From Balamuthia mandrillaris (lineage: Eukaryota): DNA of 64,000 bases. Below are positions 26,185 through 37,260 of the stretch, in pieces; the stretch's first letter is position 1, and every line of letters starts with the position of its first letter. Below the pieces are notes generated by a model. It saw only the letters and a program-made list of their open reading frames with translations, was not told where the DNA came from and did no database searches. Location: NCBI GenBank assembly GCA_031835245.2, contig JAVKOQ020000109.1, positions 62,001 through 126,000 on the forward strand, given 5' to 3'. The position numbers and the translations under genes are program-made.

Positions 26185-28476
26185 CTATCCACGTTGTGAT
26201 ACTGCCACATCTTTCTTTCTGCCGTTGAACCTACAATAACAAATAGGTCAGTTTGAACACAAAACCAACAGTAGCAGCAACAACAACAAGAATACGGAGA
26301 GGAAGACAAGAAAGAAGAAACAAAACAAGAGAAGTTAAAGAAGAGGCAGAAGAATGAAGAACAAAAGATGGAGTACAAAGAGGAGAAGAGCGAACCGAGA
26401 CTGCGTCTGCAAGAGCTTTTGGAGGGAATGTAAGACTTGGGAGGCTTGTGCGTTGGTGTAGATGCCGTCCGAGTAAGCCCCGCCTTTGGGCTTAAAACAT
26501 TCCAGGTCTTCGCTTTGAAGGCTTTTTCCGTCTTTCCGCCGTTGCTCACAAAAGTTTAAAAACTATGTTGGTGTGGTTAAACAAAAGATGTAAACATTAC
26601 ATGTGTTTTTAAAAAGGTCTTTACCTCAGAGAGCTCATCTAACAGAGCGCTGACTTGTCGGACATGATCCTCCACGCTTGCCCTCTCGCTCAACCATCGC
26701 ACCAACAACAACTTGCGAATAAAGTCAGCCAGCATGGTGATCGTTTGTTTAAACTTGGTCTTCTCATCCTCCGTATTCTTGTTGATATTGCTGCTGCTGT
26801 TGCTGCGTTCTACCATTGGGGAAGGGGGAGCAGAAGAAGATAACGAAGGGGTTTGTGGTTGTTGGTGGGGTTTTGAAGAGAGACGAACAGGAATGGGAGG
26901 AAGAGAAGAATCGGAAGTTGTTAACACTGAAGCTTGTTTGTTGCGAGGCGGCACTGGTGGAGGTGATGGTCGACGAATGACACATGACGAGGATGAAGAA
27001 GATGAAGAGGGGGCAGATGGCGAGGATGAAGAAGGATAAGAAGCATAGAGCCCAGGTTTTCGTAGAGTAGCAGAAGAAGTGGCAAGCATTGAACTTGGTC
27101 GTGCAGAGCTTTGCAGTCGTTTCTTTTGTTTTTTGAGGTCAGAGGCTGAAATAAGAATAGGAGGTTTCATGGAGGACGTTTGAGAAGGAGGAGAAGAAGA
27201 AGGAGAAGGAAAGAAGCCTCGTTGACCCTCCGTTGGGAGTGTTACTGGTTGAGTCCGGGGGATGGCTTCGAAGCGGCCGGAACGAACTCTGGCACCATTG
27301 TGGCTTGGTTTGTAGTTTGTACGCACAAACGGAACAACAGCTGCTTTCCGCTCGTTCGTGCTGTCTTGAGAGTCTTGTTGAAGCGAAGATGAAGCAGGAT
27401 GTTGAGGATGATGAAAGAGAGAGGAGAGAAAAGAGGGAGCTTGGAACTCATCGCTTGCAGGAGAGGGCAACAGCATGAAGAACTTATCTTGCAAAGCCGT
27501 CAACAGGCAATGATAACTGTTCAAATGCTTGTTTTGTTTGTTTGAACTGGTTGTCGTAGCGACGAACGATGAAGATGAGGACAAAGAAGAGGATGAAGAG
27601 GATGAAGAAAAGATTTCACATTCAAGCTCACAAACGTCCTCTGCCATGTCGCTGAGCTGAGCGACCAAGAGGGAGACGGCGTAGACGATGCGATGCCGGT
27701 AGTTGCGGATGCTGCTTTCTTCCATGGCTTGCTTTATTGTACATCCAGCTCCGCCCGTTTTTGCTTTAGCCTTTGAGACAAAGACGCAGGGACATCGAGA
27801 GAGATGAGAAGAGTCATTCAAAGAGAGAAGTGAGGAAGATTGTACCCGAGTCTTGGAAACGGTATGAATTTTTAATCCAATGGGCTCTTCAGCATCGGTG
27901 GTGGGTTGCTGGACGGTCGTGAAGTGAACAATTGCAGTGAAGTTGGCTTCAAAACGCTTGCACTTGCTGTCTTTGCAAGCAGCGTCTATGTCGTCCTTTG
28001 AAAGATGAAATGTTCCCACCCCAAGAAAGGAAGTGTGAAGCCAAAACCGACAAAGTTGTTCCTTAGTAATACAAGAGAAAAAAGAAAGGATGGCTGAGCA
28101 ACAAAGAACAAAGAACAAAAGAGAAGAAGAACGTACTGGTTTGCCAAACACATCTCCTTTTGTCCAAAACTCGAATTTAACCGCTCCTCTAACCCGGATT
28201 GTCGGAGGAATGGTGAAGCATAGAATCTCTCCATCATCTATCTCATCTTTCACTGGTTCCTGCAGGGTAAGAAAAAGTTGGTTGAAAAACAAATTAAAAG
28301 AAGAATAAGAGCATGAAAAAGGAATAGAAAATAAAAAAAAAAGAGCTGAACCAACCAGTAATGCGTCTTCAATAACTTCTCGCTTTTCATTATCTGCACC
28401 AAGTTCTATCACTCTCAACAGTATTTCTTACATTTCAAACAACGTAAAAGAATGAGTTTACATTTAGAGCCAATGT

Positions 28477-28522
<46 letters not shown>

Positions 28523-29036
28523 GAGAGAGAGAGAGGAGCGAAAAGAACAAGGAACGTACTCAAGCGACCAACTTTAGGAGGAGGCTTCAGTATAACTTTA
28601 CTCATTCCTAACGTGATCAACGGCACCGGGCCAAACTTTTGTATTTGCTCAAAGTACTGCACGAAGCGTTTCTGTGATGGAATGGTCACTCCTTTGTTGT
28701 CTTCACATCGGGTCACGCCAAAGAACTCCAAAGATTCTTCAGCCCGTTCCAATAAACCTAAATGCAGCAACAGCGCCGATATCATCAATCCTGTTCTTCC
28801 CTGTTCGTTTGGTCAAACAACGTTTAGTTTCACTTTGTTATTCTCTTCTCTTTGTTGTTTATCTCTCTTCTTTCTTCATTCTTCTTTGCTCTTCCATCTT
28901 CCCTCTTCCTTCTTTTCTCGTTACATTTTCTGGGATATTACCTTGCCAGCTTTGCAATGCACGGCAATAACATTGAGAGGATGAGCTTCCAACCATTCCG
29001 ACTGCATTACAACGTTGTTAGCTTGTGAAGAGAGCA

Positions 29037-29080
<44 letters not shown>

Positions 29081-29782
29081 CTGCTGACATGCAAAAGCCT
29101 TCCATTGTCTCGATGGAAGGACAGTTGTGGTCATCCATCGGAAAGCAATGTGCTGTCAAAAGAGCAAACGTTAAAGCCGAAAAACAGGACAAGAAGCAAC
29201 AAAAACGAAAAACAAAACACCAAACAAAACCAACGAACAACAAAACTGCAAAACGAAGCACAAACCTTGTCCTTTAAACTTTTGTGGGTCATAACCTCGC
29301 TCTGAGCATAAATTGTAAACCCTATAGTGTCCGCCATGAAAGAGCTCCAAAAAGCTATTTTTTGTAGTTTTGAACAACAACAAACAACAAACAATATTGC
29401 AACATTAAAAAAACAAACCAAAACAAAACAAAAAACAGAAAGGAAGAAGGAAACAAAGGAAGAATGAGACGGAGCGCCAAGCCGATTGGTGAGAAAAAAA
29501 TAATAATGAACACAATTGAAAGAAAAAGGATTGTTTTTTACCGTTGAACCTCGCTCATAGGATTCCGAAACATGCCTTCGATCTTCTCCGAAGGAAAACC
29601 CTGAAGGGCGATCCACGCGACGAAATCAATGATTGCGCATATAGGGCAAAAACAAATAGAGTGGTGGTGACAGCGCGTACCATTGCGATGACTCTATCGG
29701 TGATGTAGGTAAGATCCAAGTCAAATGAGTTCAGTTGGTACCGAATCTTTTTCTGCGAGACCAGAGAACGAACCAGGTCCAT
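26185..29782 (-). CDS. PTEN: PTEN-like phosphoinositide 3-phosphatase with C2 domain and long Pro/Ser-rich C-terminal extension
   Basis: LVSQKKIRY...[57 protein letters not shown], and C2 motif FWLHTSF. 3' end uncertain (26577 if the last two small exons are not used). Confidence 0.9.
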
Positions 29783-30271
29783 TGTTCATGTTTCGGTTTT
29801 TAACCAACAACTTTCCTTCCTATATCGCTTTTTTTTTCTCTCTTCAAAATTCTTTCGAAAGCGTCGTAGCCAAAAGCTTTGCGCTGATCAAAAAAGTCTT
29901 GCTTCCACCTGGCTCAACGTTTCACTTTGGGCCTCTGCCGCGCCTCTCCCTCCCTTCGTTACGTTCGTTCTGTTGTGTTTTTGTAATGATTTTTTATTGG
30001 GTGGTGTATATCTCAAGAATTCCAAATATGACAAGCATTCTAAATATGCCAGTAATTTAAAAGATATTACCTGACTACTATACCAGCTATTAGGTTCGTT
30101 TTTCAACCTAGATCTTTAAATTTTATAAATGGTAATGCCACGTAATCAAAATCAAAAAGTGACAGAAAAGAGAAAAAATTAATTCATCACAAAAAGAATT
30201 GCAAAGAAAAAAAAGAAAAAAACGTAGCACCAGAGTAGCGAAGAAGAAAAGCACCGACAGGAGGCAACAAA

Positions 30272-31000
30272 ATGGGAGCGCACACGAGCCTGATTAAAAA
30301 CATGAACCCCTTCTTCCTGGTGTTGTGCCTCATCTTGCTGCTCATCCTCGCCAGGAAGTTCCTGTTACAAAGTTTGTTGGCCTACTCCGCCAACGCCTCC
30401 GCCGCGCACAACCGGCTGATGCGCCGGTTCTTCCTCTTGCTCCAATCCATCAACCACCGAACCATCGTAGTTCTCCTTATCTGCTCGCTGTTGCCCACGC
30501 TCATGTTTGAGTGGTACTACCTGGACCGCTGCCCCGTGAGCCCTACCTACTACGAAACCAACAAGGAGAACGCCAGGCAGGTCATCCGCATACTCAACGA
30601 CCATAAAATGGACTACTGGGTGGACAGCGCTTCACTGTTGAACGTGCTTAGGAACGAGGAGATCAACCCTTGGGACCATGATGTTGACTTTGCGATGATA
30701 TACCCTGGAGACGCTGAACTCGACCAGCTCATTGACACGTTTCGCAAAGTACGTTTTTGGCGTTTCGTTTTATTTTTGTTGCTGTTGTTTCCAAAGAACT
30801 CACCCTTGGTTTTTTGTCATCATGATGATGACAATAGGAACAAATATTTAATTTGCAATACCTTCCAGAGAGGTACCTCTTCCCTTTGCTTTTGTTCTTT
30901 CTTTCTTTCCCTCTTACGCAAAACAAACAAGAAGAAATTTCTTCTCGTTCTCTCTCTCTCTTCTCCCTCCCTCCCTCCCTCCCTCGTTGATCGTTTGTTA

Positions 31001-31045
<45 letters not shown>

Positions 31046-31415
31046 TCATAGCATTATTGCTGTTGTTATTTCTGTAAACTGATTGCATCCCAACTTTAAA
31101 CATAGAGGACTACTCCAACTCTATCCAATGGGACTGTCTAAAGGTCCGCACGCCGACATCTTAATGTGGTATGAGAGCGAAAACGACGCTGGCGAGCGGA
31201 TACTCTACAGTCCAGAATACACCCTCCACAACAGCGAGCACCGCCGCAGCGACATCCTCCCCTTGAAACCGAGCGAGTGGCTGGGCATGCCCGTTACCAT
31301 TCCCAATGAGGCACACAGGGTTTGCAGAGAGGAATACGGGGAAACGTACATGACTGCTTTGGTCTACCGTCTGGATTGTTTGGAGAATATTATTCATGGG
31401 CGTACTTTCTTTTAA
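30272..31415 (+). CDS. LicD/fukutin-related nucleotidyltransferase-fold membrane protein
   Basis: Two N-terminal hydrophobic segments; YWVDSASLLNVLR...INPWDHDVDFA; HADI; DILPLKPSEWLGMPVTIPNE...EEYG. Confidence 0.75.
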
Positions 31416-31475
31416 CACGAAGTTGAACGCTTTTCGTTTGCATCTTTGGTACACTGTTTGTAAATGGTTTGTTTT

Positions 31476-32400
31476 TTAGAGGTGTTGCTTGAAGAACTCA
31501 AGGGCAAGCTCTAGAGCACGTTGCACGTCCTTGCGAACTTCCTCGTTAGTGACGTCTCCACGATTGACCCAACCGTGCTGCTGCTGAGGGAAGTTGACGA
31601 CTTTGCAGTGCTCTCCAAAGGCCTCCTTCTCTTGCAGCTTCTGAATGACGGCTCCGCCTTCTTTGACAAAGTCGGGGTCGTTTGCGGCCGGAAGCAGCAA
31701 GTGAGGGCCACTCTTTACTCTCTCAGCGACAGCCACTGGGTCCTGCAAGTGGTGCAATGTGAGATAAGATGGAAGAAGGAGAGCAGAGCGCACGTAAGGA
31801 GAGTATGATACACAAACCTTTTCAAAGACTAGTTGTTCCAGAATGAGTGAAGGGTGGCAATCGACACCACATTTGATGCTAGGAGCAATGGCCTCGTCGC
31901 CACTGAAATGGAACATGGCCCAGCTTCCCCAACAGAAGCCGATCATGCCTACGCTCTCGATGCCCTTGTCCTTCAGGAAAGGCAACACTACTTCTTTCAC
32001 ATCCTGTTCAACCAAAAAAAAGTATGGGTAAAAACGTAGCAGAGAGAAGAGATTACTCGAAAAGTAAGAGGACCAAAACCTTTTGGAGTGCTTCAGCAGG
32101 ATATTTCTTGGCCCAGGTCATTAGCTCGCTGATAGAAGGAAGGGGGTCTCCTCTGAACAAATCGGGCAACACCACGAAATAACCCGCAGCAGCGAGCTGA
32201 TCGGCGATGGCTTTGCTCCTTCCGCTCTCCGGCCCAAAGACGTCATGGACGACCAGGATGGCTTTGCCGCCTTGCTCGGCGTGGCCTGTGAGGTAGGCCT
32301 GCATGCCTTGGCCTATGTCCTCCGTGGTTCCGGTGGGAGTGTAATCCACCTTCAGAGCGGGCCACGAGCCAGCAGGACAGCAAGAGGGAGCTCCTTCCAT
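31476..32400 (-). CDS. Dienelactone hydrolase family protein
   Basis: VHDVFG, ADQLAAAGYFVVLPDLFRG, nucleophile motif GFCWG, AANDP, HGWVNRGD. Confidence 0.92.
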
Positions 32401-32739
32401 TCTTTTTATTTTTTTCGTTTTTTTTTTGCTGGTCAAACCTCAAGTGCCGCAGGGTGGACACAACTATGGAGGGGTCGTGTATTTTTCCACTGAGACAAAG
32501 GGGAACAGCGTGCCGTGTTATCATGGTTTTTGTCTACTCCTGCGGCGTTACAGGTCAAACCACTTTGGGAGAGTCGTTTCTCGTTGCCAGGAAACACGTG
32601 TCGTCATGGTTTGTGCAAAAAGCTTTGTTTACAACAGTCCCCTCTCCCTGCTAACCTGATCATCATGGAGAGGGTGGGTGAACTTGGCGCAAAAGGAGAC
32701 CGTGTGGAGCGGAAGGTAAACGTTGTGGTTATTTCTTTT

Positions 32740-33654
32740 TTACAATAGGTTGTGGCGGAGTCGTTTCAGCCATCGGTGACAACGTCGCAGGTGATAATTG
32801 TACAGGCGAAGGGAGGAATGGAGGGCCTCATGCCACAGCTGGTCTTGTATGCGTTCCAAGGAGTGCAGCTCCAGGTAGCTCGCTTTCTCCTTGGTCCACG
32901 AATACACTCTTGTAGGTATCCACCAAACAGGAGGCTCTGCATTGTCTTCTCCTTCCTGTTCGTTTTCTTCTTCTCGCTGTTGCTGACGTTGAAGTTGCCT
33001 TTCAAAGAGTTTCAGTTGTTGATGGAAAGCAGGGTTGGGGTTGACAATGGATCGCTTTTCCTGAACGAGCCTCAGCGCCTCAGCGTAGCTGAGCCCTTGT
33101 GTGCGCATCAAATAGGAGATGACAAAGGTAGCGCTGCGAGAGGCTCCTGCCATGCAATGAATAAACACTTTGCCGCCTGCCCGCTTGTTTTTCTCTTCTT
33201 CTTGTTCTGTTTGACGTTCTTTCAAACTGATGAGAGCCTCTTCTTTGGAGAGGGCTTTGTCCATGAAATCGTGAACCACTGGGAAGTAGGTAAGAAGGTC
33301 CTGTTGTGGGATATCAAGCACACGTAGCACCATGTAGTCAAAGTCCTCGGTGAAGTGAGGATCCACCCCCGTTGTGGCAACCACCACGTGTGTTATTCCT
33401 AGTTTCTTAAGTTCTATAGGACAGCAAGCAACCAACCAAACAAAGAAAGTGAGCAGCAGAACAACACTAAAAGCGGAGGAGGGACCGAGATATTGACAAA
33501 ACCCACCCTCATGCTGGCGTGCATCTTCAAAGTTGCCAAGCCATAAACCGTCGATGATTTCAGTGGCCCTGAATGGAGGGGCGTAGAAGTACTGTCGCTG
33601 AACCCAAACAGCAAACACCACTGCGAAGATGGCTCCGATTACCCACCACCACAT
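32740..33654 (-). CDS. Atypical dual-specificity phosphatase with N-terminal membrane anchor
   Basis: EIIDGLWLGN, LGITHVV, VFIHCMAGASRSATFVISYLM, VNPNPAFHQQL; hydrophobic N-terminus; one intron at about 33417-33504. Confidence 0.9.
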   Translation of the reverse strand: MWWWVIGAIFAVVFAVWVQRQYFYAPPFRATEIIDGLWLGNFEDARQHEGGFCQYLGPSSAFSVVLLLTFFVWLVACCPIELKKLGITHVVVATTGVDPHFTEDFDYMVLRVLDIPQQDLLTYFPVVHDFMDKALSKEEALISLKERQTEQEEEKNKRAGGKVFIHCMAGASRSATFVISYLMRTQGLSYAEALRLVQEKRSIVNPNPAFHQQLKLFERQLQRQQQREEENEQEGEDNAEPPVWWIPTRVYSWTKEKASYLELHSLERIQDQLWHEALHSSLRLYNYHLRRCHRWLKRLRHNLL

Positions 33655-33957
33655 CGTGTTCTTCTCTTCTGTTCTTCTTTCTGCTTCCCTCTCTTCTCTT
33701 CATTTTTTCTGTTCACCAAAACCAAAAGTTTTTTGTCGACAACAACGCCGTTGACCAACGCTCAACGGTTTGGTTTGGCGGTGGTCCTTGTCGACATCAA
33801 TGTTCTCCTCCGAAAGTAGCAGGGAAGCGCCCGGACCATTTTGCTGCCCTTTTTTCCCTTGCCATTTCTTTTCGGTCACATTTCACATGGACGCCGACGT
33901 GTTGTGTCCTTTTTCCTCTGTAGTAATACGCTTTCTTCTTTGGCTGGTTGTGTTTGT

Positions 33958-34501
33958 TTATTTCCGTTTTGTCCGGTTTTTCTTGTTGAGTTTTTCTTGT
34001 TGTTTGGCGTTTGCACGTCTGGCGGCGGCACCCCCACCATGCGATTTAAACTGTTGTTGTTTTTTCTCCTTCTTGGCTGAGAATTGGAGCTTCAGCTGTT
34101 GCATTTCTTTGGCCTCCTCCTCTTCTTTACGGAACAATTCTTGCAACTCATCACTCATTGCAGCGCTTGAGTCTGCTCCGAGGTGAGAGAAAAAGACAGA
34201 CTCTGTTCTATCTTCAGGCTCCTCCTTAGTTTTGGCCACGTACGCTTCGGAGTCTTCTTCGTAGGCTAGCATGCGCCAGTAACGCCGGTAGGGAGTGTGA
34301 CAGTTTCGCAACAGACCTTTTTCCATTTCTTCTTCAAAGTGCTTCAGCCAAGGCTTCTTGTATCTGCCAAATCCAAGCTCACCAAGAGATATCAATATCC
34401 TGCCTGTTACAATTGTGGGCAGAAAAGAGCGAGACAGAACAAATGAATACAGAATGACGAATAAAATGCAAACATTAAAAGAAAGTTTAAGAGGAGGAGA
34501 G

Positions 34502-34547
<46 letters not shown>

Positions 34548-34914
34548 AGGCAGAACAAGAGGAATAATATGAAGATGAAGAGATACTAACTTATCCGAAG
34601 ATTGTTATGTGTTAAGCGGTTGAGGTTCTCATAGCGTTCTTCCCACTCTTCTGTTCTCGCTATTTGCCCCGAATGAAGGTCCACAAGCCTCATTCCATAA
34701 AAGTTTAGCATCAACCTTTGGTTGCATGTTCCCCAAAGTTAGTGACAGCACTACAAAAACACAAACTACAAACCGAAAAGACTTCAGCACTCTGAATGCA
34801 GAACCAAGGTCCTCTCGAATTAGGTTTGCTTCTTTCTTCGCAGCCAGAAAAATGTCAGCCGGATTTTAAAGCAGCAACTCTAGTCTTCGTCTCTCTCTCT
34901 CTCTTTCCTCTCTT

Positions 34915-34948
<34 letters not shown>

Positions 34949-34993
34949 TTTCCTCTCGCTTTCCTGTTGTGTTTGTTCTCTCTGTCTCTGTTT

Positions 34994-35037
<44 letters not shown>

Positions 35038-35522
35038 TTCTCTCTCTCTCTCTCTCTTTCTTTCGCAGTACCTTACTCAAAGCAAAGCTATTTCGATTGG
35101 TACCACCACTTTCAAAGATAGGAAACAGCCACTGGATATAACTTGAACCAACAAACAAAGACAGCAAACCATAAGGCATAACCCAAAGGGAACATACAGT
35201 TTTGAAAACTGAAATAAACGAACCCGTGATGTTTCTCCAATAGGTTGTAATTGTAGAACCAGTACTTGTGCATGTAGTCTATCTCTGCCCCATCCGGCTG
35301 TGAGCACACTTGGTTGCAATAGAAGAGGTAGTTACGCAGCGCTACGTTTTTGCGAACGCTCGTGTGTGTTGTGGCCGTGTTGGTCGTTTGTCGGCTTTCC
35401 TTCTGCTGTTTAGTGCCCGCTTCCTCCTCTTCTCCTTCTTCCTCCTCGCCATGCCGTCCTTCCTTCTTGTCCGGTACGACGGGCGGAGCTTGCTCCTCCC
35501 GCTGCTGTTCCTCCCTTTCCAT
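33958..35522 (-). CDS. OGFr (opioid growth factor receptor) conserved-domain protein
   Basis: NYLFYCNQ...PDGAEID, LEKHHG|YIQWLFP, LMLNFYGMRL, NLNRLTHNNLRI|RILISLGELG. Confidence 0.85.
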
Positions 35523-35802
35523 TTCGTTTGTTTTGTTTTTCTTCACTTTTCAGTGATAAATGATTGTGCAGCAAGCAGCCAAAACGTGCTTCGAGTACAT
35601 GAACGTTGCCGCAAGTCAATCCATTGGTTTATTTATTTGTTTAGTACAGCGGGATGATACCCCAAAGTTTGTTGGGCTGTGCTGCAAACATCGGGCAAGT
35701 TTATCCGCGCAGAATATTACGGGCGGCCATCACCGGAAAGGAGGAGGAAGGCGTTGTCCATGCTCTTCGACGCCATCGAACGAGTGCTCAACCATGGCCT
35801 TC

Positions 35803-35882
35803 TTATGGCCCAGCGGTATGGTTCTGCTCTCCCAGCTTTTGTCCCACCTTTTGTGTGCACACGAACATCAGAGAGGTGAAAG

Positions 35883-35915
<33 letters not shown>

Positions 35916-37228
35916 GAAAGAAGCCAAAGAAGCAAATACGACAGGAGAAGAGGTGAGAGAGAGAACGTGGAGAAAGTGCGTTACCCATTGGAAAACATTA
36001 AGCGCCTTGTGAAGCCCAGCAGAGCTGGTGCGAGGAAGAACACGGAGGTTTGGGTTGAATGGATTCTTGCATGTGTCGCTATGTCCTCGATGCCAGTCTT
36101 CGCTTTGGTGCTGCCTTGAACAGTAATAGATGATATGGCAGGAGGAACAGACCTGCAAGTTGTCTGTACGCCAACACACTGCACACTTTCGTTTGCCACC
36201 TGTTTTTCACATTTTGAATTTGGTTACAGCGAATAAACAGGATAAAGCGAAAGAAAGAGAGGGGGGAATAGACGAGAAAGACTTTACGGTATTGAGCGAT
36301 GAAAGCCTGCTTCCAAGCATTCTGCTCTTTGAACGACAACACGTGGATGGATAAGTAGGCATAAGGGTAGGTCTTCAAGAACAACAACCTCCACAACATG
36401 TGATCATCGGCCAGCATTGATGTACGCCTGCTGACAACTCGAAGCGCGCAAACATCGCGCGGATAGAGCATACCCATTATCTGTTGGCGTTGTAAGTTGA
36501 AAAACAATAAAATAATGTAACACAAATAAAACAAACCTTGAGCGCAAGTTCATCAGGCAACGAAGTAAGACCTGGTGTGATGTCGAACTCTTCTTCTTCT
36601 TGCTCTAGTACTACTGGTTGCCTGTAGTCTTTTGTTTTCTCTTTTTTGTCTTGCGCATCATCTTCTTTTTGTTTGTCTTCTATATGCTCCTCTTCCACTT
36701 CTTCACTTAGCTCCTCTCCTCCTTCAACAGCAAGAGAGAGCTGGTCCGGCAAAAAACCACTATGGTTCGTGATGGTGGCATCGCATCCTGGTATAGATTG
36801 CAGGTACGACACAAATTCTTCGCTTTCCACTTCGTAAGCATGATGCAATGGCGTGTTTCCATTCGCGTCTTGCAAGTTGATTGGTGCTCCACATTCTTCT
36901 AATAAGTACTTTACCACATCCAACTTTTCCAGCACCACCGCCAAGTGCAAAACTGAATCCCTCAACGCTTCACATTGCATCACTACGTCACTTTGCTCTT
37001 TTGCTTTGGCATCGGCAAGCTGATGCATCACGAGGCGAAGCAAGTACATTGCAACATCGTTGTGGTCAGCTTCCAGAGCTACGAACAAAGGCGTTATGTC
37101 GTTATTTGAAGTAGGTCCACCAATATTTGCTCCGTGTCTCAGCAAGACTTCAATCTGTAGTTTAAACATACACCAAATTAACGAAGCAAACTTAGGAGAA
37201 AAGAGAACGAGAGGGGCAGAAGAAAAGC

Positions 37229-37260
<32 letters not shown>

